Source of the DNA: the human T2T-CHM13v2.0 reference genome, Homo sapiens
Reading direction: 5' to 3' (one strand)
DNA length: 64,000 nucleotides
Assembly: GCF_009914755.1 (NCBI RefSeq)
Contig: NC_060926.1
The notes below the pieces were generated by a model. The model had not been told where the DNA came from, did no database searches, and was given only the letters and a program-made list of their open reading frames with translations. Position numbers and translations under genes: made by a program. Below are positions 1 through 24,227 of the stretch, piece after piece. The stretch's first letter is position 1, and each line of letters starts with the position of its first letter.

Positions 1-61
1 GCCGTTCAGGCATAAAGGGGAAGCACCCCTCAGATCCACTCATCCTCTCACTCATTAGGCC

Positions 62-750
62 ACTGTGGTAGCTTTAAAAACCTGTCTACACATTCTTTGA
101 CATTCCTTCCCACAAAACTTGGAGTCTAACTCGCCTCCCCTTGTATATGATCTGGACTTAGTGACTGGCTTCTAATGAGTTGCTGAAATGGTGCTTACAT
201 GACTTCCAAGTCCAAGTAATAAAAGTGACCTAGCTTATGCCTGGTTCTGGTTCTCCCCTTCACTTGACACACAGATGTGCACCTCTGGAACCTTGAGCCA
301 CCATGGAAGGAGCCTGGTCTCCCCGAAACCACCCTACGGAAGAGAGAGTGTGGAGAACCCACCTAGAAACAGATGCCTGAGAAGCCTCCAGCTCAAATCT
401 TCCCAGCCCAACAACCAGACAGGGGAGAGAGCCAAGCTCCGGATAATTCTAACCCCCAGCCTCTGAGCTGCCCCAGCCAACACTGAATGCAGTAGAAATG
501 TGCTTGTCTCCACAGCCTGCACTCATGTGCAAAGTCAACATCAACGTTATCTTTTTGTGTGTGTGTGTGTGTGACAGGGTCTCACATGTTGCCCAGGCTG
601 ATTGGAAACCCCCAGGCTCAAGCAATCCTCCTGCCTCGGCTTTCCAAAGTGCTGGGATTATAGGCATGAGCTACCATGCTGGGCCCATTATCCTTTTAAG
701 CCATTACATTTTGAGGTGGTTTGTTACACTGCCATAGTAATTGGAAAACC
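62..750 (+). mobile_element. MaLR LTR (MLT1-type) interrupted by (TG)n and an Alu monomer
   Basis: Starts TGTGGTAGCTTTAAAAACC...CATTCTTTGACATTCC and ends ...TTTGTTACACTGCCATAGTAATTGGAAAA, resembling remembered MLT1 LTR ends; boundaries approximate. Confidence 0.6.
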
Positions 751-1582
751 AACCATGTAAGGGCTGGCTTCATGGGTGTGCGTCCTGTGAAGTCACAAGT
801 TCCCCGCTCTCAGAGGGGCCCTGTGCTTAGGCTAATGCTCTGTTGTCACTATCTTGAAACTCTCAATCATTTTTGCACCGAGCCCTGCAAATTATGCACC
901 TGGTCCTGAGTCCTACCCCGTGAATGACTATCACTCTCCTCTTCTTGGTCCTATGTACCCCTCATATATTTAACTCTTCAGTATGTTTAATGGACAGAAA
1001 ACAGAGCTTTGGAAACAGCCAGACCTACTTTTAAACCCAAGCTCCACCACTGAGTGTCCCTGTGACCTTGGGTAAATTAATTTTTCTCACTAAACTTCAG
1101 TTACCTTATCCACATACTGGAGATAATATTTACCTCACAGGGTTACAGTGAACATTAAATGAATAATGAATTACTTCTGGCACAAACTAATATACAAGCC
1201 TTTTAGTGTTATCCCTGTCTCTGGTATTTTCTCCACTTAAAGAACCCTCCACACCCACATCAGATAAATCATCCTTTGCTAGAATTCCACTGCTCTAGAA
1301 CCTTCAGTGGCTCCCTATTTCGATTACAGTCCAGAATCTTCACCTGGGCATTCAAGGCCTTCTACAATCAGATATCAAGTTACTGTTGACTCATCTTCCA
1401 GTGCTGTATTATGATAGCACACTGCTTCAAACCAAGGAGTTATTGGAGTCTCCTAAAATACTTTCCACTTTCACTTTTCAGTGCTTTTGCCCAACCTGTT
1501 CCATCCTCAATCTGGAATGTCCTGGGCCCTCCTGACAACCTTAGCATTCGGTTATAGCCCACCTCAAAAATGCAAGTGATTG

Positions 1583-2925
<1,343 letters not shown>

Positions 2926-3368
2926 TCAGTGGTTTAAGGAAAGGCTAAGACACCTCATGTAATGTGTAATGAGGTTAGTGCGATGTGTTGACACTTAGAC
3001 ATTTCTAAACATTAACAAAAGCTTTTGTGAGAGAAATAAAATAGTTATTGAACCACTGCCTGTCCAATAAAAATGTCCCTAACCATTTTCTATAACTATA
3101 ATGTGCATGAACATAATTACCCTAATAAACACATGAAAGCCACCATAACTGTTAACAGTTGCCATGTAATTTAATAAAGTTATGTCACACACGTGCACTC
3201 ACACATTCACAATGACCCTCCGGCCCCAGTGTTCTTCAAGCCTTTGCACCAGTGCATGGGAGGAGAGCACGCTCTACAGGTTAGACTTCTGATCAAATCC
3301 TGCCTCTGATACTACTCACTGTGGGACCTAGGCAGGTGTCTTAACCTCTCTGAGCCCTGGGATCTGAA

Positions 3369-3680
3369 TTTTTTTTTTTTTTTTTTTTTGAGGCGGAGTC
3401 TCGCTCTGTCGCCCAGGCTGGAGTGCAATGGCACGATCTCGGCTCACAGCAAGCTCCGCCTCCCGGGTTCACGCCATTCTCCATTCTCCTGCCTCAGCCT
3501 CCCGAGTATCTGGGACTACAGGCGCCTGCCACCACGCCTGGCTAAATTTTTTTTGTATTTTTAGCAGAGACGGGGTTTCACCGTGTTAACCAGGATGGTA
3601 TCGATTTCCTGACTTCGTGTTCCGCCCGTCTCGGCCTCCCAAAGTGCTGGGATTACAGGCGTGAGCCACTGCTCCTGGTC
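3369..3680 (-). mobile_element. AluY-like element with TSD GGGATCTG(A/C)ATTTT
   Basis: CpG-rich Alu on the minus strand; the flanking GGGATCTG.ATTTT occurs on both sides. Confidence 0.9.
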
Positions 3681-4099
3681 GGGATCTGCATTTTAAAAAT
3701 GAGGATAACGGTATCTGTCTCCTAAAGGTTTGGGGAGGCTGCAATGAGAAAACTTAGGGTAGGTGCCTGGCACCAAGCAGGTGCTGCTTGGGTATTTCAG
3801 AGCCTCTGGGCTGTGGCAGGGGCCTTGCAGGGTTATCCTGGGTAACTTCCCATCCAAAGCAAAAATTTCTTCCTCAGCAACCCTGTCAAATGGCCTCTGC
3901 TTGAATCATTCCAGGACAGGAACCTAGCACCTCACAGGCCGGCAGTTCCATCTCCTGTAGAGTCGAACTGTTGGGAAGCTAAAATTTTGAGTAGAATCCT
4001 CTCCCTTAATTCTTAATTTATCCCTCTGGTGCCCTTGTGCCTCCCAGCACCCATCCCCCAAGAAAGGAGACAGCGGCTACAGGGCTAGAGGAGCCCACA

Positions 4100-4800
4100 C
4101 CCGGGAGCTGGTCCCTCGGCCACCTGCAAGCGGACGACAGCCTCGGGCCCTCCCCAGCGCTCCATTTCTTCCCCGTCGGATGAGGGGGAAAGCTCCCGCC
4201 AGCTGCCCCTCCCCCAGGACTGCTGGAACACGGAATGCGGGGCTGGGGGAAGCGCCTGGGGAACTGCGAAGCCCCAAATTCACACCAAGGAGCCTCAGGC
4301 TCGCTCTCCAGTCCCTTCCTCCACCTGCCCTCAGGGTACACAGGGGCAAGGGCCACTGCTCCCGCCGCGTCTGAGCCGCAGGGGATGCAGAGGGACTGCG
4401 CTCTCGGGATCTGGACCAGAGGCTGGAGGCCACCTACCCCGCGCGGCCCTGGCTGGCTGACGGCGATGGGCTCGGGTCTCCGGCCGGCCGGGGCGGGGTG
4501 TCACCCACCTGCTGCGGCGCCGCGCGGCTCTGGGGGTCCAGCTCCGTGGGCGCTCCTGGCTGCTGCGCCGCCCGCGCCTCGCCTCCCGCCGCCAGCCTCC
4601 CCCGGGCCGCTCCACGTGGCCGCTCCACGTCGCCCTCCCGGCTGGAGCCGCCGCCCTGGCCGGGCAGAGTCCGGAGCCAGTGCCAGCCGCCGCCCCGCCC
4701 GCCGGACCTGGCCCTTCGCAGCTCCACCAGCGCCCCCGCTGCGCCCGCGGCCGGAGGGGCTGCGCGCGCCCGTGTGAGTGTGCGCGTGTGTGCGTGCGTG
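4100..4800 (-). promoter_or_regulatory. CGREF1: CpG island with non-coding first exon, attributed to CGREF1
   Basis: Very CpG-rich; minus-strand donors CAG|GTGGGT (exon boundary 4509) and GGG|GTAGGT (4438). Identity rests on the known order CGREF1-ABHD1-PREB-PRR30-TCF23; no CGREF1 coding sequence was seen. Confidence 0.7.
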
Positions 4801-4980
4801 AGTGCGCATGTGCGCGTGTGCGAGTCCGCGTGTGCTCGTGAGTGCGCTCGTGTGCTTGTGCGGGTGTGCACATGCGTGTGACATTGTGAGCGTGAGTGTG
4901 AGCATGTGTAAGGATGCACGTGTGTGAGCGTGCATGTGTGCGCGGATGTGTGCGTGTGCCTGTATGCACACATGTGAGTA
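4762..4980. repeat. Degenerate (GT/GC)n alternating purine-pyrimidine tract
   Basis: GCGCGCGCCCGTGTGAGTGTGCGCGTGTGTGCGTGCGTGAG..., about 220 bp. Confidence 0.9.
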
Positions 4981-5219
4981 CAGAGAGACCAAGAGACAGT
5001 GAGGCCAGTGTGCATCAGAAGTATGTTTAACTGTGCTCATGCTTTGGTTGCCACTTTCTCTGCCTGAGGGACCCAGATGTATGTGACAAAATGGAACCTA
5101 ACTTACTGTTAGCATGTGCGGTTGTGACTGGCATGTGTGGCTCTGTGTATGAGGAATTTGTGACACGGTAGGGGGTATTTTGTGTGACTGTGCATCCGTG
5201 TGATAGTGTGGGCTTCAGG

Positions 5220-5665
<446 letters not shown>

Positions 5666-5901
5666 TCACAGCGACACTGTCATCACAGCGACAAGCCCAC
5701 TCTCATCCTGTCCTCCTCCCAGTGATGAACACTGCTTGTCACTGCCTTTTTAGATCACGGATTCTGCTGGTTTCGGCAATACCTCTCCTACCTCTGGTCA
5801 TTTCAAAAAGGTCTCCATTTTCTTCACCGTCAGAGTTCCTCAGGGCCCTCTCCTCACTTTCCATCTGCTCATGTGCTCATCTGCTCACCTAGCTCCCATC
5901 A

Positions 5902-7555
<1,654 letters not shown>

Positions 7556-9169
7556 CCACCTAAATGCTGATGATTGCCAATTCTCCACCTCCAATCTCTA
7601 AGCCCCAGGCCACTTCAGGCATTGAATATCCTACTAATTTGTGCCTGAGTTTTAATTTATAAAGGTGGCTGAGTGAGGACATGAAGAGGTCACTGCTATT
7701 GAAAGAAAAGCTTAATGTTATTTGCAGTTCCCCTAGAAACAAAAGGCACGGTCACAGGGGGAAGTGCCAGTGTCACTCAGGAGGCAGAAAGAAGCGAAGG
7801 GAAGGTACAGGCCTTTATTGGGGTTTACTTCTCCCAGTAAGGCAGGAGAAGCAGTTTGGGACTGGCTAGTTTGAATAATTCCAGAGTGCTCTGGGGCACA
7901 GGGACAGGTCCTGGTTACCTGGTCCTGGGTTGATTTAGGGCAGGGGAGATACTGGCTTGGAATGTGAAAGTTAGAGAAAGGAAGTGCTCAGAGTGTGAGC
8001 TCTGGATTGTAGGGGAGATGTAAACAACCTTGGCCATTAGGTTGGCCCTGTGATTTATGGATGCCAAATAGACAAATACAGAACCTAAGGAAACACAGTT
8101 AAAACACCTACCAGCACCCCAACTTCTACATGTCTGTGTCTAAATGCATCATCTTCCTCTTCAAACCTTCCTCTCCTCTGTTTCCCTGTCCCAGGGATGG
8201 ACACTTTATATCTGTGCAGTCAGAAACCTGGAGGTCATCCATGTTCCTCCTTCTTCCCCTGCCTCCAATCTACTACCAGGTCCTATCAATTCTGCCACTG
8301 ATCTTGAAGATCTTCACTCCTCTCCTGGGTATCCTCCAGTCCGGGCATCTTTTGAGCCTGGCGTTCTGTTAGCAGCCTCCCAGTGGCCTCTCTGCTTCTA
8401 CTTTCCTCCTCCTCCAATCTATTCTCCAAGCAACTGAATGATTCTCCTAAAACATAACTCATGTCACCCTTCCCTTCTTAAAACCCCTGGATGGCTTTCC
8501 TCTGACCCTAGGATAAACTGCAGCAATTATGTGGTCCTTGACCACCCACATGCTCCAGCCACACCAACTTTCTTTGTTCCCTTAAGACATCCTTCACCTC
8601 CAGGCTTTTGCCTTTGCTGCCCCCTCTGCTAGAACACCCTCGCGTGAAGTCCGGGCACCTCCGCAGTGCTCCCATGGCAGCTGGTACTTCTCTTGTGTGG
8701 ACCATGTTAAGCCCTGATGACTTGTGGACCTCCTAGAAGCTTTACGGTGTATTGATACCTAGGCTCCTCTCCAGACTAACTGTATCGGGGGTAGGGCCTG
8801 GGCACTGGTAGTTTTAAAAATCCTAGATGATTCCGATCTGCAGTCAAGGTTGAAAGCCACTACTCTTAGTAGACGACCTCCTATATTTCAATGAAGACAC
8901 GGACAGTAACATGGGGGGTCTGTATCAAGTGCCTGGTACAGGGCGGGTGGTGAGCAAATTATCTACTGTACGAGGACTGTGTGGCAGGGACTGTATGAGA
9001 CAATGCAGAGTGACACTGCAGGAAGGTGCATGTGTTGCAATGCCACCACTGAGCAGCTGAAAGCTTTGTGACAGTGTGGGGTGTCACAGTCGGACAGTGA
9101 CTGGTGAGGGTCACTGTGAATGGCTGTAGTGTGTGACAGAGCAGAATGTCACTGCAGGAGTAGCTGTGT

Positions 9170-9611
9170 CCTGTGCGTGACTGACTGCGAGCGCCTAAGG
9201 GACTCTGGCCAGGCTGCTGGACTCGGGGCGTCGCCGGGGAAGAGTTTAAGGGAGCTGGAGATGCCCCGCACCAAGATGGCAGCTGGGGGAGGCCGCTTGT
9301 CTCGGGCTGCACAGCCAAGAACCGCGGAGGGGAAGAAGGCAGGGGAGGGCGGGAGGCCATTCGCAGGTCACTCGGGTTAGATCCGCGCGAGGCACTAGGC
9401 GACCAGCCACCCAGCCCCGCGACCAACTAGCGCCGCCTCTCGCCGCCCATCCCGGGGCACCGGCGGTGGGCGGGGCCAGCAGCGCAAACTGCCTGCAGCG
9501 GGGACCGGACCTGCACAGGCCGCCTATGGCGGGCGGCGGGTGGGACCGCGAGTTACAGCCGGCCAACTGGGGCCAGCCAGGAGCCTGAGGGTCGGAAGCC
9601 CCCAACACAAG

Positions 9612-9620
<9 letters not shown>
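9170..9620 (+). promoter_or_regulatory. ABHD1: ABHD1 CpG-island promoter with GC boxes and a CTCF/YY1-like motif CACCAAGATGGCAGC (~9269-9283)
   Basis: CpG-rich segment directly upstream of ATG 9612; GGGCGG boxes near 9468 and 9531. Confidence 0.75.
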
Positions 9621-16389
<6,769 letters not shown>

Positions 16390-16428
16390 CAAGAGTACCA
16401 TTTGGGGTCTCAGTTCACTCTTTCCTTG

Positions 16429-16437
16429 TTTATTAAA
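16429..16437. terminator. Overlapping poly(A) signals: ATTAAA (+, 16432-16437, ABHD1) and AATAAA (-, 16434-16429, PREB)
   Basis: TTTATTAAA lies 40 nt after the ABHD1 stop and about 625 nt after the PREB stop. Confidence 0.9.
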
Positions 16438-17058
16438 TATCAACTTTTCCTGCCTAATGGGCTGAGGTTCATTTTCCCATTCCTCAAGGTAAGGGTAGAC
16501 TACCTAGGAACTTATTGCATCTTTAGGCCAGCTGGCTTAGTGCTACCCATCTGAACCCCCAGATTACTACCCAAGTCTTCCTTTTGCCCCTTCCTGCCCT
16601 AACAGCAAGTACCAGGCCAGTCCCTTCCCCAGCAAATGCCAGGGGCTTCATGTGAAGAGGAACTGGCCACAAGGCTGAGGGGAGGAGGAGAAACTGTTTC
16701 TGCAGGAAGGACAGCAGTGCCTCCAGGCTCTTGGGCATCTTCACATGTTTCTAGATAAGGACAAGCTCAACTCTGGAGCCTCTGGTAGGCAGAAGAAAGG
16801 AGGCAGGGAGTATGGCCTGGGCTTCAGATACCGCTGTTCTGGATGGATCCACAGATGACGAAGGCAAGGTTCCTGGGACCTGGAGTCACACAGGGCCATA
16901 GCCAAGCCTTTTCACTAGAAGGGCAGGCAGTGCCCATTCATCTTGTCAGAGGCAACCTCAGCTGTGGACCCGAATGGAGTGAGCAAAGGGAGTCCAGGCC
17001 TCCACTCTGCTCTAGAGATGGCAGTGTCCAGGCTCCTGATTCCCAGGAAGCAGGGAAG

Positions 17059-20000
17059 CTAAAGGAAACCTGGAAAGGCACTCTGGAGCAGCAGGATGGT
17101 CACAATAATAAGCCCGACACACAGCAGGAGCAGGAGCCACACAGGAACACTCCCTGCAGGAGGGAAAGGGAGGAGGTCAGCGGGCAAAAGGGCTTCCCAG
17201 CCTGAAAACCAGAACCCTTCAAAGGAGGAGTGGCACAAAGAGCCCAGCCTCCGGGGGGCACGTTTCTGGTCATTAAACGTGGGGTGGTGCCTGCCTGCCC
17301 TGCCCCAATGACTCACGCCGTGAGGGCAACAGATGCAGCTGGCAACGACTGTCCACAGCCACAGAGAACAGGGCAGTTTCATGGGACCCAAGGAGCTCTG
17401 GACCACGACCCTTCTCAGGTAGAAAGGCCACATCCGTCACCACAATGCCATGGGCCTCCCTCACGTAGTAGAGGCACTGTGGGCAGAAGGAATACCAGTG
17501 AGGAAAGGCCTAGCTGGGAACTCTCTTTCTGGAAAGCATGTTCCCCACCCCCAGGATTTCCCTCGATAGGATGGGCCAGACTCCTTCCTGCAAACTCAGG
17601 GTAGAGACAGGCCTACAGTCCACCCACAGGGCCATGCCAACCTCCACCCATTACCTGGAGAGAGAAAGCTATGTAGATGGCAACAGAGCCAGTGACTGTG
17701 CCCAGGCCTAGGAAGGTGCCGGATTCACTGCAACAAACAATAAAGAGCTCATTGTCCTGGAGGCTTGTGCAGCAACCCTCATACCCCAATACCGGTCCGT
17801 AGGGACCCAGGCAGGACTCCTTTCCAAGCTCCCTCAGGGACCCCCTACCTAGCCAAGGCAGCAATGTCTCACACCTGACATCGAGGCAGGAGACGACTTC
17901 ATGGCCACAGGACTTGGTCCGAAGGGGCAAGAAGTTGGAGCCATCCCAGGCTGTGAGGTAGCAGGGAGGGGGCTGGCGCAGGCGCTTGTGGGGAATTTGC
18001 ACTGTGAAGAGTCGCAGGCCAGCAGGCTGGTCTGGAACCTGCCCAAACCTGGGGGCCGGATGAGGGGCTATTCAGCTCCTAGGGCCTGCCCAACCCTCCT
18101 CAGAGGTTTGTGCACCACCTGCACCCTGGTCAGACCTGGGGTAACACTCAACAAGTTCCTCCCCAGCTCTCCCATCCCCAGTCTTTTCCCTCTCCCCCAC
18201 CACAGCTGGGCTATGCCTCTTTCAGCCACCCCCCAAAGTCTTCACACCTGCAGGCCTGGTAGCGGTAAGGTGTGCTGGAAAAGGTGGGTCCATTTTCTTG
18301 CCAGTGCAGCTGTGTCACCAGCTGATCCTTCTGCCACACAGAGGCCTTAAGGTCCCGGCCCACGGTTACCAACTAGTTAGGAATAAAGATTCCAAGGATG
18401 GACAGTTAGGGGATCCACTTACTGGGCAAGCAGCATAAGCACCTCCTCTCTCCTTTCTCCATCCTCCTCCCACCCCCAGCCCCTCACCTTGCCATCAGGC
18501 CCTAAAGCCAGGTCTTCAATCTCCCCTTCGTGGGCTTTGAACTCCAGAACCTTCTCCAGGCTGGGCACCTGTAGCCAAACAACCACCATGGTTAACTCAG
18601 GTGTCCAGCAAGTACACTGTGACTGATGCCCACGCCACCCCTTCTAATGGCCCCTCAATGCAAGCTTCATTCACAGGTTTCCCAGATGCCACGTTCAACT
18701 TCTCACAATTTTGATCCTGTTGCTACTGACATTCACCCTCCCTAACCCTGCAAACCCACACCTTCCAGACACGGACGTAGCCATCTGTTCCTCCAGTGGC
18801 AAGCAGGGTATTATCGTGGTTGAAGCACACAACTTTCTGCAGTGGATCGGAGCTAAAGTCTGTCTGCACCGCCTGCAAATTCTCTACCCTGAGTTCTAGC
18901 CCCTCGTGCTGGGTTTCCGCTCCACATTTCTTCTCTGCTGGGGCTGCTCCCTTCCTTTGTCGAGGCCCCTGCTCCTTGGAACCTGTAACACAAACACTTG
19001 GCCAGGTTCCAGGCTTCTACAGTAAGGAGTACTGGCCCCTCTCTCCATGGCAGGTGCCCATACAACTTCTAGCTTGCTACCAAAACCCTACTTCCAGACC
19101 CACTTCTTTAGAGACACCAAGAGTGACCTTACTCGTTCAACCCTTTCCCCAAGGGGGTAGAGAGGGAGCTCCTCACCGGCCTTCTCTGCCTTGTTGCCCT
19201 GCTGTTGATGTGCCTGGAAGCGCAGGAGCTGACAGTGGGCATCCTGCCCTGCAGCAAGGATGTCACCAGCCAGTGCCAAGTTCATGGTGGCCCGTGTCTC
19301 TGTGTCATGGGAGTGCAGCAAGGAGGCACTCAAGCGCCCATTAATCAGCTCTAGCTGCAGAAAGTGCTGTGGGAGGGGGAACCCGGATGAGCAAGTTCAG
19401 GGGTGCCCAGAGAGCACGTTTAGGGAAGAGTCTGATGTCTTACCCCTTTGCTTTCTGCACGTTCTAGTTCACAAGGGTTTCTCGAGTCTTTTTTCTCTCA
19501 TTTGGGCCTCACAAATCTACACAGTGAGCAGGACTGGGATTATTACCTCTATTTTACAGAACAGGGTGAAGCTCAGGAGAGGGAAGGAACTTAGCCTAAA
19601 CCCAAATGCACCACTCTCGCCGCTGCTAGAGGGCAGGCAAGACCTCCCGGAAAAGGCCAGTATAAGACCCCTGGAGCTGCTCTGAGGCGGAGCTGAAGCG
19701 TTCCTGGCGACTCTGCAGCTGTGTGCAGTTTTCACTTTACCTTAAAAGCCTCTCCTCCGCCCGCTGAGTTCTCGACTGAAATTCGCCCCTGGGCGTCAGG
19801 CAAGCGGGTCTTCCCAACAGAAGTGGGCAGGGCCCGAAGCTGGAGTGTGGCCCGCCCCGCGACCCCCCGGCCACCCTGGAATCGCCGCCAGCCCGCAGCA
19901 AGACCCAGCCCCAGTGGCCCTGCGCTCTCACCACGCCATTCTTTATGCCTGTCTTGGCGGCGCCTCCTCCGCCCGCAGCGATGAGCAGCCCAGTGCTGGG

Positions 20001-20066
20001 GTCGACCTGAAGCGCGTACAACGGGAACGGAGCCCGGTACAGCTCTGGCGCCCGGCGCCGGCCCAT
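17059..20066 (-). CDS. PREB: Prolactin regulatory element-binding protein / SEC12 (SAR1 GEF), 417 aa. Coding exons 20066-19932, 19366-19177, 18982-18762, 18568-18488, 18372-18248, 18048-17875, 17727-17655, 17476-17317, 17153-17059
   Basis: All introns GT-AG; total 1254 nt = 417 aa + TAG. N-terminus [20 protein letters not shown]-loop [17 protein letters not shown]40 repeats, C-terminal transmembrane helix [19 protein letters not shown]. Confidence 0.98.
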
Positions 20067-20500
20067 CCCGCCCGGCGCGCGTTCACTGCCCGCACCGCGG
20101 CACCCAGGACATGCCGCGCCGGGCCTTCGACTACTGCCCCGGCGGCTGGTGAACTCGGCCCCGTCGCCGCCGGGAGCACTCCCTACCCCTCTCACACCGG
20201 GGAGTTGCCAAAACCCTGACCATCAGCAGGAAGCCGAGCCTCAGCTCGGCTCCGTCCAAGTCGGTCTCGCAGACGCGCACTGCGCATGCGCACCTGTCTC
20301 GCGGCTCCCTCCGCGCAGGCGCAGGAGCGCCGACACGCGTCAGCACTAGCCGGCCGCGGGGCCGCGTTTCCCGGGGCGGGGCTTCGGTTCTCCACCCCTG
20401 GCGCGGAGGCAGAGTCGCCCAGCACCGACTTCGCCATTTTTGTGCGGGGCGCGGGGCGCGGGCGGAGGAGGTGGAGCCAATGGAGGTTGATGAAGGTCAA
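19780..20500 (-). promoter_or_regulatory. PREB: PREB CpG-island promoter: NRF1 palindrome TGCGCATGCGCA (20281-20292), second NRF1-like site (20313-20323), YY1 CGCCATTTT (20432-20440), GC boxes, CCAAT (20477-20481)
   Basis: Motifs read directly from the sequence; typical housekeeping promoter layout. Confidence 0.8.
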
Positions 20501-20555
20501 CCTTTAATAAAGAAATCCGACTCGCGCCTGTAATCCCAGCACTTTGTGAGTCCTA

Positions 20556-20936
<381 letters not shown>

Positions 20937-22509
20937 TTAAAAATTAGCCAAACATCGTGGCACCTGTGGGCCCAGGTGCCCAGGAGGCTCAGGCGGGAGG
21001 ATCACTTGAGACTGGGAGGTCGAGGCTGCGCTGGACCACCAGTGATGTCACCACTGCACTCCAGCCCCTGGGCAACAGAGCTAGACCCTGTCTCTCACAC
21101 ACATAAAATCCTCAAATAAGGACTGTTCCCATCTGAGGAGTGATATGCCAACTCCTAGGAGCACAGGCCTTTGCATCTTACCTCAGAGAGGAAGTGATTT
21201 GCCCGAGGGCACACACCAGAAACCACCGGAGTCTCTTGCTTCTTAACGGAGGCAGCATGAACTTAAAAATAAACCTGACTTCAAATGCTGAATCCATTGC
21301 TTCCTCGTATGAGGACACGTCTGTCATCCTTAACGCCTATCGCCCACTTTTGGCAGGGGTGGTGTCTGCCATTCCCTTTCTCAAGGCTTCACACTCCTGG
21401 GCTGGTGGCTTGGTGGGTGGCCAGCTGCTTTGCTGGCCTCAGAGGGGGCAGTTTGGCTCCCGGGCAGGTATCTTCTGCGCCTGACACTCCATTCTCCCTC
21501 GGGTTTCTGATCTGATGAGGACCTTTGTGCACTCCTGAGAGCGAGCACAAGGGATGTCCTTCCCTGCAAAGAGACGCCCTCTCCTGCATTCTCATTAACC
21601 TAAGGTGCACCCAGAGGAATAGCGCAGTGGCTTCATCTTTGGGGATGCCAATATCTGTCCCACAGAGTTGAATTAGATGTGTGAAGGGCCTGGCCAAGCT
21701 CTCTGCATATCTCAAGTCCCCAGGCCTTGTGGGTCCCTTGTCCTCCTTGGATACATGGCACCTGCTCTTTCTGGCCTCTCCGTTTCCTTTGACACCACCC
21801 TCCAGGGTCTTTTTTATTTTTTGAGACGGAGTCTCGCTCTGTTGCCCAGTCTGGAGTGCAGTGGCCTGATCTCAGCTCACTGCACCCTCCACCTCCCAGG
21901 TTGAAGTGATTCTCCTGCCTCAGCCTCCTGAGTAGCTGGAACTACAGGCACCCGCCACCACACCCAGCTAATTTTTGTATTTTTAGTAGAGATGGAGTTT
22001 CACCATGTTGGCCAGGCTGGTCTCGTAACTCCTGACCTTAAATGATATGCCCACCTTGGCCTCCCAAAGTGCTGGGATTATAGGCATGAGCAACCACACC
22101 ATGCCCTCTTTTTTTTTTTTTTTTTTTTTGAGATAGGGTCTCTGTCACCCAGGCTGGAGTGCAATGGCATGATATAGCTCATTGCAACCTTGAACTCCTG
22201 GACTCAAGTGATCCTCCCACTTTAGCCTCTTGAGTAGCTGGTAGTACAGGCACGCGCCACCATACTCAGCTAATTTTTTTATATTTTTGTTTTTGGAGAG
22301 ACAGGGTCTTGCTATGTTGCCCAGGCTGGTCTCAAACTCGTGGCTTCAAGTGATCCTCCTACCTCAGCCTTCCAGTGTGTTGGGATTATAGGCATGAACC
22401 ACCCCCTCCCCGCCACCAAGGGTCTTGTTAGGGACTGGCACCCCTATAGTTACAGCCACCTATTCTGTGGACTCAGCAGGACGCAAACACAAGTTTCACA
22501 GGGTCAGAC

Positions 22510-22515
22510 TTTATT
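22510..22515 (-). terminator. PRR30: PRR30 poly(A) signal AATAAA
   Basis: TTTATT on + strand, about 220 nt past the stop codon. Confidence 0.8.
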
Positions 22516-22736
22516 AGATACACGGAGGGCTGAATGGGGCCTTGGTGCCCTTGGTCCTCTTCAGCCTGGAGACAGCAGACTCCACAAGGGGCTCCCAGGG
22601 TTCAGAGCAGGAGAACACACCTGACCTCCGGCCAGCCAGCCCTTCAGGGTGTCTCGGGGACTCCTCGAGATCTGGGGCCTGGTTGGGAGGGTTGGGTTTG
22701 GAGGGGGTGTTCCAGGGGGCCTCCGTGGCTCTGGAA

Positions 22737-24227
<1,491 letters not shown>

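Noticed and set aside
4018-5040. Several 110-210 aa ORFs on both strands
   Set aside because: They arise from the stop-poor CpG island and the GT/GC repeat (HTHTRA-type translations); no domain recognised.
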